Assembly: GCA_045863395.1 (NCBI GenBank)
Contig: BTVJ01000025.1
Span: 31,448 to 95,447 of the forward strand
Direction: 5' to 3'
Length of the DNA: 64,000 nt
DNA from: Myxococcales bacterium
GTDB lineage: Bacteria; Myxococcota_A; UBA9042; JABWCM01; BTVJ01
Program-made: the position numbers and the translations under genes
The notes under the pieces: model-generated
Seen by the model: the letters and a program-made list of their open reading frames with translations, nothing else
Told to the model about the DNA's origin: nothing
Database searches by the model: none
Part shown: positions 19,653 through 29,612 of the stretch, piece by piece
How the letters are laid out: the number at the start of each line of letters is the position of its first letter
How positions within the stretch are numbered: position 1 is the first letter of the stretch

Positions 19653-21019
19653 TGCGCGCTTTGACGCTGTTTCTGGCCCTCGCGGCCGGGTGTGCCCAGG
19701 GGATCACGCCGCCCGACCCGACCTCCATGGTGAAGGTCGAGGACTACGACGGCGTGGTGGACTACCTCTTCGGCGGGGTCCCGCCGTGCCAGCCCATCCA
19801 GCAGAGCCAGTTCGACAAGGAGCCATTCTCGTGCGCGGGGGGCTGCCCCTGCATCCAGTGCGAGAAGTGCTGCAAGGAGTGCGAAGACCCGGGGCAGTGC
19901 CCCAAGATCGCGGGCTGCGACACGGGGCAGGAGCTGGACAAGGACAAGTGCGCCACGCCAGACGGCATCTGCAAGCAGGGCGAGCGATGCAAGAAGCGGG
20001 ACGCCTGCCTGCAGCGGGACAACCTCTCGCCGCCCATGCGCGTGAAGGTCCCGGCCTTCAAGATCGACCAGCACGAGGTGACCAACGTCCAGTACCGCTT
20101 CTGTGTGGAGATGGGGGTCTGCCGGGCGCAGCCCTACGACACGCTGGGTCAGGCCATCCTGGACGACTACGCCGGGGCGGAGCGGTACGACCAGTACCCG
20201 GCCCTCGTGCTCAACCTCGACGACGCGAAGACCTACTGCGAGTTCGTGGGCAAGCGGCTGCCGACCGAGTTCGAGTGGGAGCGGATCGCGGGCGGGGCGA
20301 CGCTCACGGACAAGGCCGCGGGCGCCCACGAACTGAAGAAGAAGCGGGTCTATCCCTTCCTGGCGCCGGACGAGCCCATCACCAAGTGCAAAGGGCGGGG
20401 CATCGCGCTCAAGCCGTGCAGCGGGGCCTTCTCGACGGCTCCGGTCATGACGTCCACGGACGACAAGGTGGAGGAGCCGCCGGGCAGCGGGCAGTTCGTC
20501 TATGACCTGGGCGGGAACATGGCCGAGTGGACCTCCACGGACCTGTCGACCAACATCATCACCTGCCTCGGCACCGAGAGGTACGCCGAGTGTGTCGAGA
20601 GCAGCGCCGAGGGGTGCGACCAGTGCGTGGACATGGGCGATCCGGATCCGGCTGACGACCCCGAGCCCGTGTGCCAGAGCGTAGGCACGGGGGAGACCTC
20701 GTGCTGGTATCCGTCGGTCGCCGGCAGCGGCGCAGGCGCCCAGGGGTGCTACGCCATCTGCGCGACCCAGCTCGGGTCTACCGCCATCTGCGAGGCCCGG
20801 TGGTCGCCGGCGAGCGGCGCCATCGACCCGAAGAGCGACCTGTCGGACGTAGAGGTGACGCCGTCCCACCGCATCGTGCGCGGCGGCTCCTACGGCATCG
20901 AGGCGGGCGACATCTGCACCGCCCGGAGCGGCGCCCGCGGGACCGAGGCCGTCGAGGGGCTGGAGTCCCACCCCTGGCTCGGCGTGCGGTGCGCGTGCGA
21001 CGCGGACAAGTGCCCCTGA
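19652..21019 (+). CDS. Cys-rich lipoprotein with an FGE-sulfatase (SUMF1-like) domain
   Basis: LAAGC lipobox; FKIDQHEVTN, RLPTEFEWE, YDLGGNMAEW, RGGS and GVRC. TGATG overlap with the upstream gene. Confidence 0.85.
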   Translation: MRALTLFLALAAGCAQGITPPDPTSMVKVEDYDGVVDYLFGGVPPCQPIQQSQFDKEPFSCAGGCPCIQCEKCCKECEDPGQCPKIAGCDTGQELDKDKCATPDGICKQGERCKKRDACLQRDNLSPPMRVKVPAFKIDQHEVTNVQYRFCVEMGVCRAQPYDTLGQAILDDYAGAERYDQYPALVLNLDDAKTYCEFVGKRLPTEFEWERIAGGATLTDKAAGAHELKKKRVYPFLAPDEPITKCKGRGIALKPCSGAFSTAPVMTSTDDKVEEPPGSGQFVYDLGGNMAEWTSTDLSTNIITCLGTERYAECVESSAEGCDQCVDMGDPDPADDPEPVCQSVGTGETSCWYPSVAGSGAGAQGCYAICATQLGSTAICEARWSPASGAIDPKSDLSDVEVTPSHRIVRGGSYGIEAGDICTARSGARGTEAVEGLESHPWLGVRCACDADKCP

Positions 21020-21040
21020 CGAGCGGGCCACGACCCCAGA

Positions 21041-22936
21041 CTACTTCAGGATATTGACCTGGCCCGTGTCCTTCGGCTGGGAGGAGACGGTGGTCCCCGT
21101 GTCCTCCTTCGGGGGGCGCACGGGCTTCTTCTTTCCCACGACCTGCGGCGGATCCTTGGCCTCCGTCGTTCCAGGGGTGTCCGCAGACTCGCCCGAGGGG
21201 CCCTCTGCCTGCTCGCCTGTGGGGTCCTTCGTGGCGTCCAGCTTGGGCGCGTCGGCGACGGGAGGCGGCGCCGGGAGCTGCGCCGTGTAGGTGCCATCGG
21301 CGCGGAAGGGGACGTCCAGGGTCACGACCTGTCCCTCGTCGAAGCGGAAGGCGTAGCTGAGGTGGGCCTCGTCGCGCAGGCGCTCCACGATCAGCGGGGC
21401 CTTGCCAAGACTGTCGTCGCCCTGGAGCACCTCTGCGCCGGGCGGGACACTCGAGAGGCGCACCTTCACCGTGTCGAGGGGCAGCTCGCCGAGCTGCTGC
21501 GTGGGCAGGAGGCCAGGCCCGATGGACAGGCGGTACGCCGGAGGCAGCGTGTCCACGGAGAGCTTGAAGGCGACGGCACCGCCCGCCAGCACCACCAGGG
21601 TGGTTGCGCCCGCGAGGGCCCAGCCCAGCCACCGGGGGCGCGGCGCAGCCGGCACGTCCAGCGCGGTCGGAGCGGTGGTAGCGGTGGTCGCCGGGCCACC
21701 GTGGGCCATCGTGGCCGCCCGGTGGGCCGCGGTGATGACCGTCGAGGTCTTGCGGTCCTCCAGGACGGCCTTCTGAGCCGCCTCGTCGCGCAGGACCAGC
21801 TTGTCGTAGGCTGGCGGCAGGGCCTCGCGCAGCCGGTGGCACTCGGCGGCCAGGTCGTCGCCTGTCGCCGGGCGGAGCGCCGGGTCTTTGGAGAGCAGCC
21901 GCATGACGAGCTGCTCCACCTCGGCGGGGACGTCGATGTCTGGCCGCACCTCCCCCGGCGTCTTCGGGGGCGTGTGGACGTGGTGGTACAGCAGGGCCAT
22001 GGGCTCGCCGGTGAACGGCGCGACGCCTACCAGGGCTTCGTAGGCCATGACGCCCAGCGCGTAGAGGTCGCTGCGCCCGTCCAGGGGGCGCGTCATGCCC
22101 TGCTCGGGCGACATGTACTTGGGCGTCCCCAGGATCATGGCGGTCTGGGTGAGGCTCTCGCGCGTGCCGGACTCGTCGTCGATCATCTTGGCGACGCCGA
22201 AGTCGAGCACCTTCACGAAGTCCGGGTCGTCGTCCACGGTGCAGAGGAAGATGTTGTCCGGCTTGAGGTCACGGTGGACGATGCCCTTCCCGTGCGCCTC
22301 GTGGAGGCTCCTCGCCGCCTGCTCGATGATGCGGAGCACCCGCCGGACGCCCATGGGGCCGCCCTCCCGCAGCGCGCGCTGCAGCGGGCGGCCGATGAGC
22401 AGCTCCATGACGATGTAGAAGGTGCCCTCGTCGAGCTGGCCGAAGTCGATGATGCGGATGGTGTTCGGGTGGGCCAGCTTGCTGACCGCGAGCGCCTCGT
22501 TCTGGAAGCGCCGGACGAACTTCTCGTCCTTGACGAGCTGGCGGAGCAGTGTCTTGATGGCCACCGGGCGCTTGATGCTGATCTGCTCGCCCTTGTAGAC
22601 GGTGCCCATGCCGCCTTCGCCGATCTTGCCGGTGATGCGGAAGCGACCCTGGATCTCCATGCCGAGCATGGGGTCGTGCTTGACCCGCGCGCGCTCGGAG
22701 GCCTCCTTCATGCGGAGGATCTTCTGCTCCAGGGCGGCTGCCTCTCCGGCCGCGGTCACGTCCAGATCGGCCTCTACGGCGGTGGTGCGGCCTGGGTCGG
22801 CCCCCGGCCTCGTCCCCTCGTGGGTCGGGTAAGCGGGACGCCCCCCGTCGGTGGGCTGGGCGACGGTGGCGCCGATCGCCACTTCTTCAGCGGTGGCCAG
22901 CGTCTCGTCCGACTCCTTGCCTCTAGGATCGTGCAT
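21041..22936 (-). CDS. Membrane Hanks-type Ser/Thr protein kinase with a PEGA-like extracytoplasmic domain
   Basis: GEGGMGTVY, VAIK, HRDLKPDN, DFG and GTPKYMSPEQ motifs; TM helix; SSVPPGAEV..GKAP. Confidence 0.93.
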   Translation of the reverse strand: MHDPRGKESDETLATAEEVAIGATVAQPTDGGRPAYPTHEGTRPGADPGRTTAVEADLDVTAAGEAAALEQKILRMKEASERARVKHDPMLGMEIQGRFRITGKIGEGGMGTVYKGEQISIKRPVAIKTLLRQLVKDEKFVRRFQNEALAVSKLAHPNTIRIIDFGQLDEGTFYIVMELLIGRPLQRALREGGPMGVRRVLRIIEQAARSLHEAHGKGIVHRDLKPDNIFLCTVDDDPDFVKVLDFGVAKMIDDESGTRESLTQTAMILGTPKYMSPEQGMTRPLDGRSDLYALGVMAYEALVGVAPFTGEPMALLYHHVHTPPKTPGEVRPDIDVPAEVEQLVMRLLSKDPALRPATGDDLAAECHRLREALPPAYDKLVLRDEAAQKAVLEDRKTSTVITAAHRAATMAHGGPATTATTAPTALDVPAAPRPRWLGWALAGATTLVVLAGGAVAFKLSVDTLPPAYRLSIGPGLLPTQQLGELPLDTVKVRLSSVPPGAEVLQGDDSLGKAPLIVERLRDEAHLSYAFRFDEGQVVTLDVPFRADGTYTAQLPAPPPVADAPKLDATKDPTGEQAEGPSGESADTPGTTEAKDPPQVVGKKKPVRPPKEDTGTTVSSQPKDTGQVNILK

Positions 22937-23051
22937 GGTCTCACGCTACCTGGACGCCGGGGGGATTGCCAGCGCGTCAGGTATGACGCGCCTGGGCCAT
23001 GCGGGGATCTGTGCGCAGCGTTGTTCGCGCGCGGTGCCTCACGGAGGGCGG

Positions 23052-24275
23052 CTAGGGAGCGCCCTCCGGCGCCGGGGCGGCGCCCTCCGGCGCCGGGGCG
23101 GCGCCCTCCGGCGCCGGGGCGGCCCCCTCCGGCGCGGGGGCGGCCCCCTCCGGCGCGGGGGCCTTCTCTGGCGCCTGGGCCGGCTTGGCTCCCTCACCGC
23201 CCTTCGCCTGCTTCTCCTTCTCCCGGTGCACCAGATAGAGGTTGTCGATGACGGTCTCCAGCGGGAGGAACATCTTGCAGGTGTAGGCCCACTCCTCACC
23301 CTCTGCACGCACGGCGTCCGCCGCGTGTGGGGTCTTCCAGCCCGAGGCCATGGTCCGGGAGGCCTCGTTGGCAAAGTAGTTCATGTAGGCGTCCTCCAGC
23401 TTCGCGCCGAAGGGGGAGGCCTCCGCGATGGCGTTGACGGTCTGCCCGAGCTGCACGGCCAGAGGCATGCAGGCGCGCCCCTTGGCGACCTCCTCGAAGC
23501 CCGCGGCCGCCTCGTCCCACTCGCCCTCCTCGGTCTTGGGCGGTACCACGAACTCGGACGCGAACAGGAGCCTGGCTGAGCCCTCCTCCCAGTTGCCCTT
23601 GGCCGCCAGATCGGGCTTGATCTTCTCGTGGAACGCCGCGTAGGCCTTCTTGAGGAACGAGCGCTTGCGGAGCTCGGTGATCCGGGTGAGCAGGGGGCGC
23701 TTCTCCTTCTTGTCCACGTAGAGCTTTCGCACCGAGTTGGCTACCTCGATGGCATCATCGAAGCGCTCCTCCTCCACCGCCTTGTCGAAGGCCGCGACCC
23801 GTGCCTCCATGAGCTTCTTGTTGGCGCGGATGTTGCGCTTGCCCAGCTCCTCCTCCAGCGCTGCGGCCTTCTCCAGGGCGGCCGTCTTGATGGCGACATC
23901 GCCCCCCTTGTCAGCCTGGGCCATGTAGGCGGTGTAGAGGCGGTCCTTGATCAGCCCCTCCGTCGCCTTGCCCTCCGGCTTGCCGAGCGCCTCCTCGAAC
24001 AGGGGGATCGCCTTGTCCCACTCCTCCGCCTCCTGCCAGGCCGTCGCCAGGTAGAACAGCGCATCGTAGTTGGACGGGTCGCTCTTGTGGATCTCCTCCA
24101 GCCGGGCGGCTGCCGCCTTGGGATCGGAGTCGATGAGGGCGATGGCCTCGTCGAGCGGCGGCTCCTTCTTGCATGCGGGGAGCGCAGCGGCGACCAGCAG
24201 CAAGAGCAGGGCGCGCCGGCTCCACCCGCTTGCGCGGGTCGTGGTCGAAGGGAGAAGTCCGAGCGAACCAACCAT
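23052..24275 (-). CDS. TPR-containing lipoprotein with C-terminal APAPEGA repeats
   Basis: LPAC lipobox, TPR helices. Start uncertain. Confidence 0.7.
   Translation of the reverse strand: MVGSLGLLPSTTTRASGWSRRALLLLLVAAALPACKKEPPLDEAIALIDSDPKAAAARLEEIHKSDPSNYDALFYLATAWQEAEEWDKAIPLFEEALGKPEGKATEGLIKDRLYTAYMAQADKGGDVAIKTAALEKAAALEEELGKRNIRANKKLMEARVAAFDKAVEEERFDDAIEVANSVRKLYVDKKEKRPLLTRITELRKRSFLKKAYAAFHEKIKPDLAAKGNWEEGSARLLFASEFVVPPKTEEGEWDEAAAGFEEVAKGRACMPLAVQLGQTVNAIAEASPFGAKLEDAYMNYFANEASRTMASGWKTPHAADAVRAEGEEWAYTCKMFLPLETVIDNLYLVHREKEKQAKGGEGAKPAQAPEKAPAPEGAAPAPEGAAPAPEGAAPAPEGAAPAPEGAP
23058..23162 (-). repeat. About five copies of a 21-bp coding tandem repeat (APAPEGA)
   Basis: Unit such as GCGCCCTCCGGCGCCGGGGCG, repeated with minor variation. 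Confidence 0.85.
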
Positions 24276-24406
24276 GGCACCATCCTCCGGGGTGTGCGGG
24301 AGCCTCGATGACCCACCGAAGGTAACCGGTCCGACGCCGAGCCGCAACAACGGAGCACGGGGCATTTCTTGATTGGCCCCGGGGGGTTCTCTATCCTCTG
24401 GCCCTG

Positions 24407-25666
24407 ATGAGCCTGCCACGCCTCAGCCTCGCCGTCACACTGCTGGTCGCCTGCGCCAACGAGGAGGCGGCGCCCACCTGCGTCCACCAGAGCTGCCCCG
24501 AGGGGATGTTCTGCGACGCAGACCAGGGGGTCTGCCTCGAGGAGCCCATCCCGGCGGCCGCAGTGGGAGAGATTGGCAGCCGCAACGCGCTCCTCGTCGA
24601 CCAGGAAGGCGCTCTGCTCGTCGCCACCTACGACCGCACCCACGGTGCGCTGGCCGTGGGGCGGGGCACCGGCCGCCAGGAGATGGACTTCGTCTTCGTC
24701 GACGGGGCGGACGACGCGCAGGAGCCCAGGGACGTGGGGCGGCACTGCGCCGCCACGCTGGACGCTGCAGGCCGCCTGCACGTGATCTATTACGACGCGA
24801 CGATGGGTGACGCTCGCCATGCGATACTCCAAGGTCTGCGGCTGCTGTCCGTCGAGACGCTCGATAGTGAGGGGGACGTGGGCCAGTACGCATCGATCAC
24901 GGCCGCGGGGAACACACTGCACGCGGCCTGGCGCGACGAGACTCGCGGGGACCTCCGGTATGCTCGGCGCGCGGGGGAGACATGGGAGGTCGTGACCGTA
25001 CCGCCCCCGTCCGACACACCCTGCGTGGACGCTGCGTGTGCCCCCGCGGCACCGGACGTGGGTCGCTTTGCGTCCGTGGGGGTCGCCGGGGGGGCGCCCG
25101 TGATCGCCCACTACGACGCGGCGCGCGGGGACCTGCTCCTCTCGCGGCTCGATCCGGGTGCGTGGTCCACCTCCCGCATCGACGGCATCGACCCGTCGAG
25201 CGGCGCCAACGTCGCGGACGTCGGGAGGTTCGCCTCCCTCGCAGTGGCCCCGGGGGGGACCGTGGCGGTCGCCTACTACGACGCCACCAACCGCGCCCTC
25301 CGCTACGCCTACAGCGAGAGCGGCGCCCTCAAGGTGCTCATCGTGGACGACGGGGTCCACGAGGACCCGGACACCGGCGTGGTGCGACGGAACGTCGTGG
25401 GGCAACACGCGAGGCTGGTCGTGTCACCGGCGGGGGTGCCCTCCATCTGGTACCTGGACGCCACCGACATGGTCATCAGGCGCGCGGTGCGCGGCGAGGG
25501 GGGCGGGTGGTCGAGCGCCGTGGCCGCAGGGGAGGCCCAGGGTGGCCCCTGGATTGCCGCAGCCACCCTGCCGGACGGTCGCGCGGCCGTTGCCTGGGAG
25601 GTCCTGGGGCTGGGCACCGACACCCCCGGGGTCGTCCGTGATCTGGCCCTGTGGGTGGAGCCATGA
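24407..25666 (+). CDS. Lipoprotein with a Cys-rich N-terminus and beta-propeller-type repeats
   Basis: LVAC lipobox; repeated DVGR/QxASxA...xxYYDAT.G.LRYA blades. Confidence 0.7.
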   Translation: MSLPRLSLAVTLLVACANEEAAPTCVHQSCPEGMFCDADQGVCLEEPIPAAAVGEIGSRNALLVDQEGALLVATYDRTHGALAVGRGTGRQEMDFVFVDGADDAQEPRDVGRHCAATLDAAGRLHVIYYDATMGDARHAILQGLRLLSVETLDSEGDVGQYASITAAGNTLHAAWRDETRGDLRYARRAGETWEVVTVPPPSDTPCVDAACAPAAPDVGRFASVGVAGGAPVIAHYDAARGDLLLSRLDPGAWSTSRIDGIDPSSGANVADVGRFASLAVAPGGTVAVAYYDATNRALRYAYSESGALKVLIVDDGVHEDPDTGVVRRNVVGQHARLVVSPAGVPSIWYLDATDMVIRRAVRGEGGGWSSAVAAGEAQGGPWIAAATLPDGRAAVAWEVLGLGTDTPGVVRDLALWVEP

Positions 25667-27639
25667 CGCCGGCGCGGCGCCACGTAGCGCCAATGAGGGC
25701 CGTGAGCACGCCGGCTCCCAGGCCCATGGGACCCGCCGCCGCCTGGTGTCTGGCGGTGGTCGCTGCGTGCGCGTCGGGCTCCGACCTGCCCCCGGAGCAG
25801 TCGCTCCCCGTCGCGGTACAGCAAGCGGCCACGATCACCGCGACCCCCACGTTCCTCCAGGCCGCTGCGGACCGCGCAGTCGCCCGCCTTGCAGAGCTGA
25901 GGCCCGAGGGCTACCCCATCCTGCTCCCCCACACCTCCCACTACGACCCGGATGGAGAGGTCGCCATCGGCTTCGGGCCGGCAGAGGGACACGCGGTGGT
26001 CCTGGCTGCGGGGATGTCGCCCGGCGAGGTGGACTCCCTCGCGGTCGACCTGCTGCTCGACGACGTGGCCCTGGACGTGGCCGCCCACGACTCGGCGGGC
26101 CTCGGCTCGTGCATGGTCGCAGTGGCGCTGCGAGACGTCGTCATGCGCTTCGATCTGCGCATCGCCCGCAACAAGCTGGGCAAGACCGAGGCCGTGGCTC
26201 ACCTCCCCGCGACCCTGGATGCCACACCATGGATCGGCCCCCTCGACGGCTGCGAGGCCATCGGCCTCGGCGGGCTCGCGCCGCTCGTTGCGTCGCGCGC
26301 GCTGGACGCTGCCCGGGAGCAGCTCACGACCAGCTTCGTGGCGACCATCGCGCCCACGCTCCGCGAGGTGCTGCCGTTCAGGCTGCCGCCGGGGCGCCGT
26401 GTGACCCAGCAGTCTCCTGGCGGAGACCCAGGGTCCATGTCCGAGCGGCTCACGCCGTCGGCGAGCGCCGACGGAAGCTCCGTGCTGGTCGTTCAGGGGG
26501 CGCTGGTCTCCATGGGCGCGGACCTTGCGCTGTCCAGCGCCCGGAACACCTGCGTACCCGATCTGCCCATCGACTCGGCCCCGGCCACGGAGCCTCCTGG
26601 GGTGCCCCCCACGGTCCCCGGGACCGGGGCGCCCTACGACGTCGCGCTGAGCCTGTCCGTGTCGGCTCTCAAGCAGGCCGTCGCCCACGCCTGGCGGGCG
26701 GGCCTCTTCTGCGAGAGCGTCGGATCGACGCAGGCAGAGGGGCTGACGGCCGCAACGTTCGCCCCGTGGCTCCCCGACATCGAAGCCCTGGCCAACAGCA
26801 ACCCCGTGTGGCTCCGCTTCTGGCCGGCCGCGTCGCCGACGGTCACCTTCAACGACGAGGGGGCCGGCCCCGGCGGTCTCTCGGTGCACCTCTTCTTCCC
26901 CCAGATCCAGGTGGAGCTCTACGCCGACGTGGAAGAGACGCGCCTCCTGCTGTATCGCCTGACGGGCGCAGTGAGCCTTGGGACCCACCCGGTCCTCGGC
27001 GCTCCGACGAGCCTCGGTGCCCCCCTGGAGCTGCTGGTCGACACGGTCGCCACGGACGGGGTCGTCGTGACGAGCCCCCTGGTCGATGGCCCGGTCGCGG
27101 CTGAGCAGGAGCTGGCCGCCCAGCTCTGGGAGACGGCCATCGGCGCGCTGCTCGGCAAGACGGAGTGGCTCGCCCTGCCGGTGACGACGTGGGAGCCCGA
27201 GCTGCTGTCCGCGGTGAGCGTAGGGGGCACCCACGCGACCCTGTTCCTCCGTCTCGGCAAGCCCGGAGGCGCTCCCGTGGGCGTTGCGCCGGGGCTCCTG
27301 CGGGGCCTGTCCACCATCCCTGGCGAGGCGCCCCCATGGGCTGGCCCCATCGAGCTGCCCCCCATGGGACCGGGCAGCGCGTGGCGGGCAGACGGCCGCC
27401 TCTGGCGCTCTCTTGCAGGCGGAGCGATGCTGCCCCCGAGCGCGAGAGCCGGGCTCCACGTCGTCGAGATCCGCGCCCCCGGGGCTGCGGCGGTCCCGTA
27501 CTACTGGCTGAACCAGCCCGCCCCCCCGGAGGCCGCATCGGGCGGCTGCACGACGGCCCCTGCTGCGCCGGGGGCCCTGTGGCTCGGTCTGTTCGGCGTG
27601 CTCTGGGCGCGGCGCGGGCGGAGAGGTCCGCGGCCGTGA
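25663..27639 (+). CDS. Surface protein with a MYXO-CTERM-like anchor
   Basis: ATGA overlap with the upstream gene; possible lipobox VAAC; C-terminus SGGCTTAPAAPGALWLGLFGVLWARRGRR. Confidence 0.65.
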   Translation: MTPARRHVAPMRAVSTPAPRPMGPAAAWCLAVVAACASGSDLPPEQSLPVAVQQAATITATPTFLQAAADRAVARLAELRPEGYPILLPHTSHYDPDGEVAIGFGPAEGHAVVLAAGMSPGEVDSLAVDLLLDDVALDVAAHDSAGLGSCMVAVALRDVVMRFDLRIARNKLGKTEAVAHLPATLDATPWIGPLDGCEAIGLGGLAPLVASRALDAAREQLTTSFVATIAPTLREVLPFRLPPGRRVTQQSPGGDPGSMSERLTPSASADGSSVLVVQGALVSMGADLALSSARNTCVPDLPIDSAPATEPPGVPPTVPGTGAPYDVALSLSVSALKQAVAHAWRAGLFCESVGSTQAEGLTAATFAPWLPDIEALANSNPVWLRFWPAASPTVTFNDEGAGPGGLSVHLFFPQIQVELYADVEETRLLLYRLTGAVSLGTHPVLGAPTSLGAPLELLVDTVATDGVVVTSPLVDGPVAAEQELAAQLWETAIGALLGKTEWLALPVTTWEPELLSAVSVGGTHATLFLRLGKPGGAPVGVAPGLLRGLSTIPGEAPPWAGPIELPPMGPGSAWRADGRLWRSLAGGAMLPPSARAGLHVVEIRAPGAAAVPYYWLNQPAPPEAASGGCTTAPAAPGALWLGLFGVLWARRGRRGPRP

Positions 27640-27700
27640 GGGCTCGCGGTTGCTCCCGCCGACCCCCGAACGTATGATGCCCGCCCTTGGAGGAGATCCC

Positions 27701-28405
27701 ATGCTTCGCTTCGCTCCCGCCCTGCTCCTGTCGCTGCTCCTGGCCTGGCCCGCAAGCGCCAGGCCCAAGAGCGGCAAGACCTTCACCTACATCGGCCAGC
27801 TCCAGGACGAGGCGCACAACCCCATCGGCGGCGTGTACCCCTTGCAGTTCGCGCTGTACGCCTCGCCGTCCAGCTCCAAGGCCCTGTGGACCGAGACTGC
27901 GTGGGTCGCCGTGGACAAGGGCCGCTACGTCATCGACCTCGGCAGCTCGTCGCCGTTGCCCGCGAAGCTCCGCGTCGAGGACCTGACCATCGGCGTCGGG
28001 CTCCGCGGCGGCCTGGAGCTGGTGCGCGAGCCGGTGGCAGCCGCCATGGGGTTGCCCGTCGAGCCCGTCGCCGTCCCAGCGCCCGAGGGCCGTCAGACGG
28101 TCCCCGAGCCCTCGCCGCGCGCCAAGAACGTGGTCGAGTACGCCGACAAGGCCGGCTACGCGTTCGAAGCGGAGCACGCCGCCACCGCCGACAAGATCGA
28201 GAACATGACCCTCGAGGAGCTGAAGAGGGCCCTGGCGACGAAGCCGAGCCTCGGGAAGGCGAAGAAGTACACGGGACAAGCCGGGGGCGAGGGGGGGTTC
28301 GAGTACACCGAGATGTGCCCGGAGGGCTACGTGGTCGTCGGCATGACCGGCGCCGCGGGCAAGTTCCTCGACAGCCTCCGGTTGGTGTGCGCCCCCCTGG
28401 AGTGA
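27701..28405 (+). CDS. Secreted protein with a fibre-adhesin-type N-terminal domain and a jacalin-like C-terminal motif
   Basis: GGAGGAG RBS, signal peptide, YIGQLQD..G.YPLQFALY..LWTE..V..GRYVIDLG, YADKAGYAFEAEHAATADKI, and GGEGG..CPEGYVVVGMTG..FLDSLRLVC. Confidence 0.6.
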   Translation: MLRFAPALLLSLLLAWPASARPKSGKTFTYIGQLQDEAHNPIGGVYPLQFALYASPSSSKALWTETAWVAVDKGRYVIDLGSSSPLPAKLRVEDLTIGVGLRGGLELVREPVAAAMGLPVEPVAVPAPEGRQTVPEPSPRAKNVVEYADKAGYAFEAEHAATADKIENMTLEELKRALATKPSLGKAKKYTGQAGGEGGFEYTEMCPEGYVVVGMTGAAGKFLDSLRLVCAPLE

Positions 28406-28440
28406 CCCCCCACCTGGCCCTCCACCCGCCGACCTCCGGG

Positions 28441-29406
28441 CTACCGCTCGGCGATGCGCTTGAGGGCGCCCGCCAGGCCTTCGTGGATGGCCTTGACCTG
28501 CGCCGGCGACCAGTCCGCCTTGTCCGTGCGCAGGAACGACGTCTTGTCCACCCGGTTGTCGAAGCGGCCGATGGGCACGTGCCACACCTTGTCGCGCGCC
28601 TCCACCCTCACGGTGTCCGGCTGCCCCGAGGCCTGGATCAGGTGATCGATGTCGTCGCAGCCGTACTCGCCGAGCATGACCGACATGGGGACGCCGTGGT
28701 GGAGGATGGACCCCGGGTCGTTCGGGTCCGTGCGCTCCGTGTTCTTGCGCCGGGACTCCTCGGGGGTCACCCACACGTACAGGATGGACGCCTTGTCCAA
28801 GATGGCGTCCGACAGGGCGGACAGCATGTACTGGTAGCCGTTGTAGCCGGTGAGCGGCATTGTCGACCCGTCCGCGCCGCCGCGGGCCGCCTCGATGACG
28901 ACGGTGTGCCCCGTCAGGCTGGGGACGTAGGCGGCCTGCTTCTCGTCGAGCTGAGCGCGGCACTCTGCTTCGAGGGCGTCCGCCACGCGGCCGAGGACGT
29001 CCGCGGGCACGGAGTCGAGGAGCGCATCGCCACCGGCCGTGACCGTCGCTCGGTCCAGGCGCGCGAAGAGGTGGTGGGCCGCCGAGACCGGCGCCACGGT
29101 GCGCTGGTGGACCAGGTCGTCGTAGTCCTCGTTGAGCAGGGCGGTCAACGTTCCCCAGAAGACCGGCGCACGGAAGGGCTGGTCCGGCCCCCCGTAGAAC
29201 ACGTAGCTCCCGCCCGCCTTCTTCAGCTCGTCGTCGATGCGGTGCATCAGGTGGACGTACGGATAGTCGTCGAGCTGGACCGTCGGGCCCAAGTGCAGCT
29301 CTTCCCGACAGGTCGTCGGGTCGAGGGAGGCCAGGTACTTGCGGACCTCGGACTTGCCGGAGGCCGGCAGAGCCAGCAGCAGGAGGGTGTCGATGATCTT
29401 CGCCAT
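28441..29406 (-). CDS. Uncharacterised P-loop protein (NMP-kinase-like)
   Basis: N-terminal LLLALPASGKSE Walker-A-like motif; ILYVWVTPEESRRKN segment; AGAGAGGA upstream of the ATG. Confidence 0.65.
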   Translation of the reverse strand: MAKIIDTLLLLALPASGKSEVRKYLASLDPTTCREELHLGPTVQLDDYPYVHLMHRIDDELKKAGGSYVFYGGPDQPFRAPVFWGTLTALLNEDYDDLVHQRTVAPVSAAHHLFARLDRATVTAGGDALLDSVPADVLGRVADALEAECRAQLDEKQAAYVPSLTGHTVVIEAARGGADGSTMPLTGYNGYQYMLSALSDAILDKASILYVWVTPEESRRKNTERTDPNDPGSILHHGVPMSVMLGEYGCDDIDHLIQASGQPDTVRVEARDKVWHVPIGRFDNRVDKTSFLRTDKADWSPAQVKAIHEGLAGALKRIAER

Positions 29407-29612
29407 GGGGTCCTCTCTTGTTGCGTCGGTGAGCGCCGAAGTGCGACGGAGCATAGCCGGCGGCGCGCACGCCTGGCAACCAGGTTCGGCGCGAAGGACC
29501 CGAGGGACGGTCGATTCGTGGCGCCGCATGGAGGGGACCGCTGCGAGACCCCCCAGGGGCGGGCCCGCACGTGTCGACGCCCGAGTGAACCGGCCGCGCG
29601 GGACGGCGCCGG

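Noticed and set aside
23058..23162. 21-bp tandem repeat as a CRISPR array or iteron set
   Set aside because: It has no spacers and encodes an APAPEGA tail.
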